Below are positions 24,156 to 36,366 of a DNA stretch of 36,366 bases, piece by piece. Numbering within the stretch: position 1 is the stretch's first letter; the number at the start of each line of letters is the position of its first letter. A program made the translations under genes and the position numbers. The notes under the pieces are model-generated. The model saw only the letters and a program-made list of their open reading frames with translations, did no database searches and was not told where the DNA came from. Source of the stretch: Catajapyx aquilonaris (Eukaryota); contig KZ539256.1 of the NCBI GenBank assembly GCA_000934665.2, forward strand, positions 1 through 36,366. Direction: 5' to 3'.

Positions 24156-24362
24156 CTCTATCAACGGACATCTGCGTGAGATTACACTTCTGGAGCCTCT
24201 CACTTTTCATGGAGATCACCTCATGTATAACTAAAGGAGTAAACAGTCGCCTTTTGTTGACTCGGTTTACTTATCTTGTTGCGTGAGGGCATCTTCATAG
24301 GAATTTGAAAAGTGGGAGGTTCCCGAAGTGCACTGTATACTATAGGATGTCCGTTGAGTGTA
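24156..24362. mobile_element. Decayed palindromic MITE, same family as 27764-27961
   Basis: TCAACGGACATC...GATGTCCGTTGA termini. Shares CATGGAGAT, AGGAGTAAACAGT, TTGACTCG and GAAAAGTGGG.GGTTCC in the same order with the 27.8-kb copy. Confidence 0.75.
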
Positions 24363-27185
24363 AATTGTAATTGTTGCCAACAATGAATGATGTACTATTA
24401 ATTTGTCAATAAAGTTTCAGCCAGAAGTATCCTGAAGTTATACTATTGACAGTAGGCCTATACGTTTGGTCGAAACTTTTTTGACAGATAGGACATTAAT
24501 ACTGACAGTCTTATCAGGTAGTGGTGTCGTGATACTCAGGTATCCCTTATCGCGACGTCAAAACTTGAAATCAACAATCATTCGTATTTGGGAAGTGTAG
24601 ACCTATAAATAATCTCATAAAGCAATTCAATTACCATATTTAGCGTAATGCACTAAAGAGGGCATATAAGGGAGAAGGAAAGACGTGGTTAAGAACCAAA
24701 ACCCTCAAATTGCACATTTTAGTATGTAAAACAATAATAATTCTCACACGTATGATGATCAAAGCATAAATCATTCATTCATTCCCTCCGGGAAGGAGCA
24801 GCATAACACTGTAAAATTCATATTTAAATTGCGATCATTTTTAATTCCCAAAGTGTACCGTAAGTAATTAATCGTCAGATATGGGTATTACTAAATTCCA
24901 CACCATTCGTAGCATTTTCAGTGAACTAGCTCTTAACTGCATGAATCGTACCAAAATTAAGATACAATTCCCTTTTATTTGAATTTGATCCCACACTTTG
25001 ACATACTGTATTACATGATGGTTATTGGAAGTGTGTCACCCCTCATAGAAATGTTGGTTTTGTTTTGATTTGCTTTTGCCAGAGGCTAACACATCATGAT
25101 CGTATCAGGGAAAGGCCGCCAATGACCGACAGATTCAAAGTGGCCCACATCGTGTAAATTGAAAGCTGGCTACTTTTCTTCTCAAATGCCCCCTTAATGT
25201 TTATACAATTATCTATGACACACATCATGTGTGCCAGAAATACTAGGCTATTACACGGGTCAAACATGTTACACAGCAGCCTTTCTTCTAAAACGTTTCG
25301 AGTGGATTTTAAACTCCCAGTGAGAATCAATACGTAGTACGACAACTTTTTTTTTTTTGTGTGCAACGCATTCCATCCACATAATCAGTTTAGTTTACGT
25401 TCGTATACCGATGAATTACCCACCGTAGTTTCATTTATGATTACCTGCAACCTCAATTGCAACACGCATTCCTACAATCCAAATAGAACTGAATAACATT
25501 CAGCTGAAATCAAACGCTATCGATGACCCCATTACATGCCAGAACTATATAATATTATCAGGGCATTTATCATGGATCAAAAAAAAATGTACTATCGATT
25601 AATTTTCTATTGGCCAGATTCCTCCAGTGTAATGAATAGAATCAGGTAAACGACAGATTAAACTAGATTGACCGCAATTAATTTGCATGCGCTGAAAATA
25701 TATAATACAGAGCAGGCAAATGATCTCGGGAGGGAAGAAGGGAAGGAAAATAGGAAAATGAGTTCCAACTGCATACAAATATCGGTCGACTCCCATATCC
25801 TTATACAGAAAAAGTTGGGGGAGGGCTAGGGAGGGAGGAATGGGGAAGGGGGGGTAGGTGGAAGCAAATAATCCCTCCCCCCCCTTTTTCCATCCCGATC
25901 CTCCTCTCGCAGCATTCATCTGCCTCTTGGGCCTCACAACACGAAAATAATTTCGCCCAGCTTCAATTAGCACAAGCCACGTTTCCTTTCATACAAGAAC
26001 CATCGACAACCCATCCCTCATGCTAATTTACTTATCGATCTGCAGGCTCAGGCAAGGGAGTATGGGGAAAATGGGGGGGGAGGAGGTAGGAGGGATGGGG
26101 GAGGGAGGGAGGGGTTTTTTGGAATTGTGAGGCTCTGGGACTACCCTAAATCTCCTTTTAAAATTGCACAACGCAGGGAATCAAAGTGGGGCGCAAAAAC
26201 GCTCCGCTTTAAAACCTTCAACGCTGGGACCAACGTGTTTGCCTCGCGGCCTCGGACAAAAATTGGTGGGCTCTTTGGGGGATTTTTGGGACTGGGGGAA
26301 ACTGGGGGCTGCCCCCACCCTCCCTACCGCTCCTTCCTACTCTTGTGTGCGTGTGGCCGTGTTTCTATTTGTGCGTGTCAACCATTATTGTAAGGTCACC
26401 ACCACCTGCGGGTCTGACACTGGGTTGCGGATGTTTAACCCACATTTCAGACGATGGACAGATTTCGAACGCATGTACCGTCGTCTATGAAACATTTGAC
26501 TGGTAATCTCATAATTGAATGATCATCAAGTGGCAGTGGGGAAAATATATGACCACATCCTGCACTTGTTGTCATACCTATCATTTTTTGGATTGCGCTG
26601 AATCAAGGACTATGTTGGAGAGATCTAATTGTAAAATGTGCTACTAGATGGTGCTGGAATCGAAAAAGCTCCCTCGCTCTTTAGACATCCGAACTATTAC
26701 TACATACTGTATTTTCATTACCATACACGGATCATTTCAGAAACTGAATTTCGACTCTCACAATCACACAGAAAAAACCAATTGGTACAATTGTACACTA
26801 AATTTTTTTTCAGAAAATTTGACTCCCACTCCTCTCTCGATATTTATACACACCTGTGGTGTGTTTCGACCCACTTTTTGAGCAGGTGACACAATTTTTG
26901 GACCCATGCTTTTTTTATATATAAAAAAAGTGCAGGGCGTGTGGTGAGTAGGCACGCATACATACACTCACATACACACACACTGGGGAAGGGGTCATCC
27001 CATGTCCAGCAGCCCCCGACTCGGCAACCGGGCTCCCCAGTATTGATTCGCTCTTCCCCAGGCTTTGGAGCCCATCTCGCTTTCGTAGTAGTTATGCAAA
27101 AGGGGAAGGATTAAAAGAGGGAGTGTAGGGGGGAGGGGAAAGTGGGAGCGGGTGGGGGAAGGCGGGGGGGAGCAGTAGTGTCCAN

Positions 27186-27301
<116 letters not shown>

Positions 27302-27763
27302 CTGGCTTAGGCTTTGCTCCAAATGAGGTGATGGAGAGGCGGGCAGGGATTTAGTTTCCCCGAGAGCGGACCAACCCGAGCGGAGGGAGGAAGAGCAAAG
27401 TCCCCGGATGAAGCCCGCTTCCATTAGGACCCAGGGCACCACCAGCCCTTTTGCCACCAAAAAACCCCCTAAATGCCCCATACTCCGCTCCCATCTTACT
27501 TAGTCGCCAGGGAAAAGCTCAGGGGTGGGGCAGAACCCCAGATCGCTGCTTTCTCAGAGACAAAGATGCTTGTTGCAGCCACTCTCATCGTCCTCAACAA
27601 CATGGAGTGGGATTAGGGTGGTGGTTGGATGTAGTGTGGTCATGGATTCTAGAGGACAACAAAAAAAAAATGGTAGCAGAGGGTGGTGGTCAGTACAAAG
27701 TTTCAAAGGATGTTTACAATACAGGGTGTTGACGAATTATTCTGCCAATATGATACAGGTGGA

Positions 27764-27961
27764 ATAGTCAAAGGACGTCCAAGAATGCACCTCTGGAACC
27801 TTCCACTTTTCCAGTTTCCATGGAGATGTCCTCACACAACAATAGGAGTAAACAGTGTCAACAAAATAACACTATTGACTCGTATTGTTGTGAGGTAATC
27901 TCCATGGAAACTGGAAAAGTGGGCGGTTCCAGAGGTGCATTCTTGGACGTCCTTTGACTAT
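27764..27961. mobile_element. Palindromic MITE, ~200 bp
   Basis: ATAGTCAAAGGACGTCCAAGAATGCACCTCTGGAACC pairs perfectly with GGTTCCAGAGGTGCATTCTTGGACGTCCTTTGACTAT. Pairing continues imperfectly almost to the centre. TA occurs at both ends. Confidence 0.85.
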
Positions 27962-27999
27962 AGGGGGTGAGGATTGAAGAGGAATGGCATGGACCACCT

Positions 28000-28169
28000 T
28001 TGATATCGACAACGTCTATCCTGACAAGTATGCATATATGCATTGCTGGTTGCTGGAGTCAGGCGCTCGCACTGCCAGACCGTTGCTCAACCGCATGACT
28101 CCGGCAATCAGCTATGCACGCATGTGCGGTGGTATCCATACTTGTCAGGATAGACATCATCGACGTCAA
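28000..28169. repeat. Second palindrome (probable MITE) adjacent to the previous one
   Basis: GTCTATCCTGACAAGTATG/CATACTTGTCAGGATAGAC (19 bp perfect) plus an inner stem GCTGGTTGCTGGAGTCA/TGACTCCGGCAATCAGC. Confidence 0.8.
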
Positions 28170-31100
28170 CGTCGCGTCGTCGCCGGCCTATGCTTCTTTG
28201 CACCTCCTCCCACCCATATCTTTTTTAGCAGACGAATTCGTGAACACCCTAGTATATGAGTCGGGATAGCTGCACTAGATGGCAGGTTGAGTGCAAATGG
28301 GGGGTATTCACCCGAATGGCTTACCAAAACATGGAAATAACCCGTGATTTTTATGGGCGTCAAAAACTACTCAGAATCCAATGATGCACTTGATTCTGCC
28401 AAGTCGGCTTTTCTGCGACATCCCTCACGCGCATTAGACCATCCCCGCATTTAATTAGAATGATAATCGACAAGTTCAGAGTGAGGGCAAGCAAGCAAGA
28501 GGCGAATAGAGAAGAGCGGGGGGACCCGGTTTGAATGACAACACATTTGTCACCGGATAGGCCGGTCGTACGCGTTCCTAATGCGGCCCCATCCCTCTCG
28601 CACTAATTACAGGTGTAGGCTTCCGCCAGAACGGGACTCGTTTTGGTGAAAAATAATAAATCTATGGTAATGCCAGTGTGCGCCAAAGTAGTGGGTGTGG
28701 GGTGAGCACCAACTGCTTTTTCCAGCACCGCATGATGGTGGGAATAGTTATCAGCGCAGGAGCACATTGCAACTACATCCCCTCCATGCAACTTTTCCCA
28801 ACGTGCAGCTGCACTGCACCATCCCCATCCTCACATACATTGCCCTCCCTTCCTCCTCCTACTCCTCCTCCCCACATTACCCCACATCCCCCTAGAACAG
28901 AGGGGGTGGGTAGGGGTATGGGGTGGGCTCTCCTAACGCCACACTTAGGAAATTAATAGGCCACACGCACCCGGAGTTCAAGTGGGCAACCCAATATCAG
29001 ACGCACCGAGCTGGGCAATAAATTCATTTACCTATTAGGACAATGAATTTGGTTTATGATGAGGGAGATAGTCCGGCGCTGCGGGTATATTTATGGCTCC
29101 CGAGCCACTTGGCGCGGCGTCGAATACATCACTTCGCGAACCTCCCAAAACCACCCTAGAACACCACCCTCACAATACACATAGCTATAGGTTAGTCCAA
29201 TGTTTCTACCTGACCACCTTAGCAAACAGCTCTCGCAAAAATTGGACCGGCTCGGAAGGAACAGGAGGTTAATGTGGCATACTAGCGTTAAAATCCCCTA
29301 GTCATTTTGAGTTTTTTTTTCTCTCCCCCTGCTCTCGCAGTCTCCGTTCCTTCCGCTATTCTGCTATTATGTTAACCCTTCGGTCTATAGATGGACCATA
29401 CGAAGAAATGACCTATTTACCTCCAAATGACATCACGGGTTGGCAATATCCACCCCCCTCATACCATGTCTCCCCCTCCCCGCTCTCCCACTTTCCCTCC
29501 GCTCACACACTCCCTCCTCACATGCAAGTTGCTATCGATTTTATAGTCACGAGTCTGAGCTTCATCTGGTAGCAGGTGGAAAAAGTGGCGCCAACTTACC
29601 AATGGGCTGCCTCCGGGGTTGTCATGGAGATGGCTTCCCGTGGTGCACCGGGTGGTGGCACCGGGGGGTGGAGGGAGGATTGCGGGCACTTTTGGACCGC
29701 TGCCCATCTCACCAGCAACGCCCCTTATGGAATACCAAACAAGAACTTAAGTCACCTCGGGATCTTATAGATTACAATTTTACGCCCCCCTTTCGCCCCC
29801 GGTTCTCTCAAGGACCAATTACAGTAAATCCTCCGAATATCGCTTTTATGTGAACTCTACAGGGATCAAGATTTGCATGTCCATATTTCGTGGCCTTTTA
29901 ATTAGCGCTAACGTGATGTAATTTAGTCACTTTTCGACGCGGCTCTATTTCAAATCGGATTATGCGACAAATTCTGTAGCCTCCTAAACTCATGTTTATG
30001 TACTCAATCAGGTTGGGAAATGCACTATTTCAAAGTGGACAAAAATTATTTACGGGCGGCGTTACATGCCTGGACTTGTGTCAAGTTGACGAATCAGTTG
30101 ATAACCTGATCAGTGTTGCTAGCTTTGCATGGTGGTAGGCAATATGTAGATACGAATATAGTATTCGTTTTAATGCGATCATGACACACCTGACTAACTT
30201 ATTTGGGCAAGATTTCAGTCTGTTGATATAGCCTACATGTATAGTAATATTTTGGGTCGAATTTGTCTTCAGGTGATCTGCACTTTTCAAACGTTTTACT
30301 CAATTAATAAGTTAACAACACTACAGGCGATGAAAAATTACTTTCAGAATTGATTGACTAAATCAATTCGCCCAACATGATTGATGTTATTTCATAATTA
30401 TGTAAATAAGTGGAAACCATTCAAATTGAGCACGAAGTCATTCAAAATAATTAAGAGCGTAGTATTCATTGTTAAAATTAGGTTAATTTGGCTTATTATG
30501 CATTGTAAGAAATATTTAATATCTGAAAAGCAAAACCATACCCTTTGGCCAAAATTGAGTTAACCATTATTGTGCATGGTAGTCCATTCTGCATACTTCC
30601 TGTCAACAAATGTTTCGGACAAACATGTACCGGAGCTGTAGCACCATCAGTACTCTCTAACTCAACATTGAATAAAAGAAAATAAACAACATCAACAATA
30701 TTTGAGTCTGATGGTTGTCTATCTCCAGGATATGTTTAGTTCAAACTTTATTTCATAGATGGTACAGTCTCACATCAGTCAAGGCACACATATTTCCGAT
30801 TTCAAAATAACATTCTCCTAGAAAAATTATTATTTAACAAAAAGAACCCAACTAGAGATAACGAAATCTTCCAGGCGAAATTATTCCATTGTGACTCTGA
30901 TCGCTCGATAAATCAGGTCTTCGCCTGAATAAAGTCTGATACGTCGGTTACCCCATAATGTTGGTTAGAGGCCCGACCAATGAGTAACTTTTTAATAGCA
31001 TAGCAGTGCCGACGGTACGCCGTAAAGGCAGCTTTACTCAAACAACTTTTAATACCCCTAGCGGAAACACCGTGTAGGAGCCAGGTTACTATTTACATCA

Positions 31101-32914
31101 CGCAGGTTCATCACAAGGCTTAACAAATCTATTTTTCACATTATATCGGAAACAATAACTACGTTTTGGAGTTATATTTTCTTCATTACATATCACCATT
31201 CCTCCTGGTCCATGCTGCTATTTTTTTTTTGCCACCCATCCTATCGGGAGGGGATGCGATCCTACAGGATAGACGCCACCACGTGCATGCCGGATGCATC
31301 AGTGTCAAAAGTCTGAGCGCCACTGACAATACGAACCACCGTACGCAGGTTCAAATTATAATGAGCGGCATCATATTATCCTCTCCCCCTATCCCCCCTT
31401 TTCAAATCGCTACAACCAATAAACGTACTAAGGACGGTGGTCAACAACTAAACATCGCCCGAAAATTAAAGTATTTACTCAAAAAAAAAGTCATCCGAAT
31501 GTACTGTAATATAGTAATATACTGTCAAATAACCCTATGTTTTGTTTTGCACAATTTGTGCGCATACCTTCCGGCTATTGAATTTACTGCGCAATGCATG
31601 TTGCTGTCAATGCCCAAGATCAGTATCTGCTCTAGATCCAACCTTTGAATAAAGCAAGAAAACCCTGAAATAGGCTAATTAATTAAATTTTATAACACTA
31701 GTGCTTAATTAATATATAAAGAGCACTGGTCGTCCCCGCGGCTCGTAGGAGGGATAAAAAACAGCATAAATAAATGAGTAAACAAGTCCACTGCGACTTT
31801 CCGGCCGCGACTTATTGGCCGCAAAACAAGCCCAAGCTGCGGCTTAAACGGGGAAAATGACACGGCCGAGTCAAAATGGTGAATCGGGAGAGTAAAAAGC
31901 AAAGGCGGAATGGAAAGCGCAGCATGAAATTGTGATGAGGTGGGCAGGGAAAAGGGAAAAAGCCTCTTCAGCAAGTTTGAAACCCCGGCAGAATTGCTCC
32001 CCATACCCCATACTCCCCCTCACCCCCCTCACCCCTTACATCCCAACGGTCACTGTATAAGTCCGACCTATGGTGCGCATGCTCACTTCGATTGGCCGGT
32101 CAGGGGAGGAGGGGGAAGGAGGAAAAATTTAGCAAAAAAAGAAAAAACTGGTTTTGAGTTTGTCCTTACGATGGTAGCCAACAGATGGCGGGGGGGTGCA
32201 CATAGGTTTTGGTCGATATGGGCCCAAGTGCAAGTTGGCAAGGATGCCAAGTGAATGAGGGCGGCACTTTGATCTTTTTTTTTTTTGCGGATGTTTCACA
32301 TTGCGGAGGTATGACACGTAGCTTGTATGGGGGGGAAAAAAATCTCGATGGTATAAATAATAGGACAACGCGGATATGTGATGTCTCGGAGGAGCTGCAA
32401 GAAATGGAGATGGTCAATGGACTCAGGTGGCACCAAATTATTACTGGACACTAGTGGGCATCAATTACTTATTATGTAACGAACTTTTTGGATATGAGCT
32501 TCGGAAATGGACTGTCCGATCTAGCTGGCGGAAAGTGGACGATGGTTAGTTTTGGGACGTACCGGTACTGTAGCCTATAGCAGAGGGGTCGGTAGTCTAG
32601 TGAGAGCACTACTACTACTATAGGCCTATAGTATGATAATGGAGAGCTTTTGATCATTGTGTAGTAGTGTACAGAGTGTACTCCAAGATGACGTTTGGTA
32701 AATAGGTAAAAGGGTTTGTTAATGGTAATAATAAATAATAATCATAGTAGTGCTTTGACCTGTTGTGGAGTGCACCGCACCGACCTTTACTATTTGATGT
32801 TACATATTGTAACCTTTTGGGTAACGCTCGGGACCAGCTAGTGAGGGTGGGTTGGGTGGTGGGAGGCATGTGCAATGTTGGAAAGTGTCATTTTAGTGCG
32901 TATACCCCGATAGT

Positions 32915-33040
32915 CTACCTGAAATCCTACACAAGACGAAGCCGGAGAGACCCAAACTCCACACTAGCTGCGGTTAACCTGGGCTTGGGATCGAACCCGG
33001 GACCTTTCTACCTCTAAGATAGGCATATATTCCACTATGA
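32915..33040 (-). mobile_element. tRNA-derived SINE fragment with a V-domain-like segment
   Basis: Minus strand reads TAGTGG...AAGGTCCCGGGTTCGATCCCAAGCCCAGG (A-box remnant and B-box), then GTGTGGAGTTTGGGTCTCTCCGG...GTGTAGGATTTC. Confidence 0.6.
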
Positions 33041-35594
33041 GAGATGCAGTACAGATGCAGTGAAAAATGAATATACCCATGTACCACTGCAATTGCCACC
33101 CCTTGACTGGATAGTTCTCATTTTTTAAATAATCTGGACCGATTCTGCACTCCTGTCCTTCTCCTAACTTAATTTAAGTAGTAACCCATGTCATACTGTA
33201 CAGTGAGGCGACTATAACTGAGGAGATAGGACCGAGTACTATCGACATGGCATGGAAAGAACGGAAGGGGTCAATGACGCTGACGTTTTAAACTAACATC
33301 GCATGACTATTAGAATACAACAATAACCATTTTTATAAGCGGAATAAATTATGTCATATGAACTCAGTGTTTGCTATACAGTACACTGATTGGCCTGACA
33401 CGACAGAAGTAATTTACCGGTCCAAATGTGAAGACGAAGCTTGCGAATAAGACTTACTCATAGTGCAGAGTAAACCATCAAAGAGTTGCAACTTCTTCGT
33501 AGCAAATTTTCAGAGCATGCTTAAAACGTCTCCAATTAAAGTTACGTGTAGTTACAGAAGTTGTTTTACCATCATTCTTATCGGTGGAAATTTCGTTGAT
33601 GCAAATGAGGCAAGTTGGTACTTCTGTATTCGCGGAGTAAAAGGTATCGAAGGCGCATTCCTTCCCGCGCACTTTCCCTCACCCTAAAACCAAGGAGGCA
33701 ACCTGACTCATAAGAGTACACGAAATTGCCAATTATACGGATGTAAGTTCAAATCGGTTATACTGTGGAATATTAGTCTACTGAAGATACAGATTCATAT
33801 TATTTTGGCGTTTCTTTGTAGCCCAAACAGAAAATAAAATGATTTAAAATGTCATGTTACTAGGGCAGTTTTCGCACAAGGAGTCAAAAATATTGAAATT
33901 ATTACACTCCAGCATACCTACAGAATATTTCAGTCATGCAGACAAACCTCTGACGTCAAGACCTGGGCATCAATGTCGATCATTATAATATTATGTAGAT
34001 ACGTCCTTTGGTCTCCGCAGCCTCGCTAACGGATAATGAGCATTACACAATACGTAAAATATCTTGGCAGGTAGGCGTCCCGCCATGCGACCTTGCCTTT
34101 TTAATTTGATACGTACTGCAGGCGTTACTATGCAATTTAAAATAAACTGTGATCTTGTTATGTGTAACAGGTAGTCGCCACGGAGATGGAAGTATAAAAG
34201 GTTGTATCCGTAACTTAGATGGTATCATGCACTCATTTACTGATGGTAATTATTTCGATAACGAGGACACCTCCTACGCATAACGAGATCATTTGTTGTC
34301 CAGTTCACCCTGGAAGTCACTCTCAATCATTACGAAACTCAGTGTATAACAATATGCTCTGCGCAGGCGCAGTGTGTCCGAAGGAGATTTTGCTATTATA
34401 AAATTTGCATGTGCTTGCTTGGGGAATATTTTATGCATTTTAAAAATTAACATAAATACAGCCTGATCATTGCTTTTCGTCTAAAATGAGACCTAAAAGA
34501 ATCATAAGTTGAGGTAGGTAGTTGTACCCCATGCTTTCCCATGCCGGCACTACCATAGTGTGGGGACCTGATTTTGGTCATTTATTTACATGTGTTCCGT
34601 GTTTGGAGGCCGGCCGGTCGGCTGGTCCTGGCCTGACCCTAACCCGTAGAAGGGAATCATTGTTTAAAATCAGCGAAAAATGCTTCCGTCATTTGAAATC
34701 TGAAGCAAACAGCACCATTATTCCTCCCAACACGCACATACACAGGCGCAAACACAAAAATCCAAATAAACAGAAAGCCACCCTCATCGGTTCCATATTT
34801 CAAAGCCTGTTTACATTCGGCGAGAATTTGCAAACGCTGCCAACTCGGAAATGGAGAATTTATTCCCGTAGTTAAGAAGGTGTCCAAATGATGAATCCGG
34901 ACTTCAAATTCGTATTAACATGAGCAGGCCCAATTAGGCAAAGGGGGGTAGCGTAACAAATCAGCGGCTCGTCACAGCCTTTACTTTCCTTGAAAAACCC
35001 CCAGATGGCGTTCTAAAGCGATTATAAAGTTTCCTTGGGATTTAAAAAAAATGGGGGCAAAAATTAATGAGGTGGTTGAGCCTTAGTTCTCCCCCGCTGA
35101 GGTAGCCATTTGCAAACTAATCGCCGGACGTCTTTGGTCCATTTGGCCTGGGAGGAACACGTAATGAAGAGCAAGACAATGGCAGGGCGATAATGACGTT
35201 GGGCAGCTCATCATGTGGAAGCCTTCAACCCCCTGGGGGCACAAATGACCTCTCCTACTCCGGAAGAACACCCCCTTCAACTCACTTGTCAGCAGGTGCT
35301 GTTACTACAACTATACTCTATAGTCTATTGTAGTCACCCTCCCTCCGCAAAAAAAATTTTTATAGAAAATTTGTGTTTTTTAAAGAGGTTATCATAATGC
35401 AATTCTGGAAAGTTGTACGGGCGTGATTCATCGCCTCGGAATTTCTTTAGCTTCGGGTGCACAACAGTTGTCAAATGCGTTCGAGTATTAGAAATTCGAT
35501 TTTGGCCTGCACTGGAAGGAAATTCAATCGTCCCGCCTAATGACGCGGTAATCTAGTTATTATCATCATTGCCAGCGTGTGTGTTTACAGTTTC

Positions 35595-35625
<31 letters not shown>

Positions 35626-35627
35626 GG
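35595..35627. repeat. (GA)n followed by poly-G
   Basis: About 10 GA units, then a G run. Confidence 0.9.
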
Positions 35628-36248
35628 CTTTAATGCTACGCACGAATCCATTCTTCTTATATAACTTATAGGGCCTGCTCGTGTTACACGCATGTACTGG
35701 TGCATATTGTAATCAGTATTACACTACGGTGTACACTTTAGCAGTTATGCAATCAAGTACTGAATAGCAATTGTTGAGATTCGTTTTGTGTTTTTATTTT
35801 TATTTTTATTTTAAAGGGCCATTCGTGGGTCGCTTCTCACCTCAGACAGGCGGCCCTTTTTATCCGACGCATATGTGCCGAAGAAACCAATCACAATGAT
35901 AGAATCAACCTGTTGTAATCACTAATGAACAATCGGGGATACATTTATATTGTTACTCTGTTGAAAGTACTTGCTCGAACAAAACTCCGCAATTTATTCT
36001 CCTGTACCCCGCTTTCGGGCCGAAGACTTGGGTAGTGCACAATCACATACAACTAAACGAGAGCATAGAGCCTCAGTAGAGCCCTCACGGGTCACGACCC
36101 TTTGACCTGAAAGTACCTTATTAGCACTTCAGGCCAGTTTTGTTTGAATTGGAATGAATTATTTAAAATATTTGAATTCATATGAGAATTCACCTGAAAG
36201 CGTGATTTTAATCTGACGGTTTCAGCAACTATACTAATAGACCCGAGT

Positions 36249-36366
36249 GGATCTGGTCGTCTGCGTTAATTGAGAGTAAAGTTTTAAAAATTGCCATTTC
36301 TTGACTCGGCCTAGAAATGGCAATTTTTAAAAACTTTACTCTCAATTAACGCAGACGACCAGATCC
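36249..36366. repeat. Inverted repeat truncated by the window end (arms 36249-36301 and 36313-36366)
   Basis: GGATCTGGTCGTCTGCGTTAATTGAGAGTAAAG...GCCATTTCT is mirrored with one homopolymer indel, 11-nt spacer. Confidence 0.95.

Noticed and set aside
31166..31648. 160-aa ORF
   Set aside because: TTG start, atypical composition, no recognisable domain or splice signals. Likely a chance ORF.

Overview
Mostly non-coding eukaryotic DNA, most likely from an animal with a large genome. Arthropod is my inference from the repeat types. There is no sign of prokaryotic operons, rRNA or CRISPR. Only one ORF looks genuine: 9730-10230 (+), a coiled-coil protein with a CCDC92/CCDC74-type N-terminal motif, an upstream splice acceptor and a downstream AATAAA. 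The first 4 kb is an array of five ~450-bp tandem units. Four structurally different non-autonomous transposons sit in the first two units: hAT-type, Helitron, piggyBac-type and an unclassified TIR element. The clean units show the empty target sites. Each unit also carries a 123-nt exon-like cassette that is intact only in unit 1. The rest of the window holds further MITEs and palindromes, tRNA-derived SINE heads, microsatellites, an assembly gap, and repeated GC-rich G/C-run islands that look regulatory. Both window ends are fold-back inverted repeats. I found no convincing new multi-gene system.
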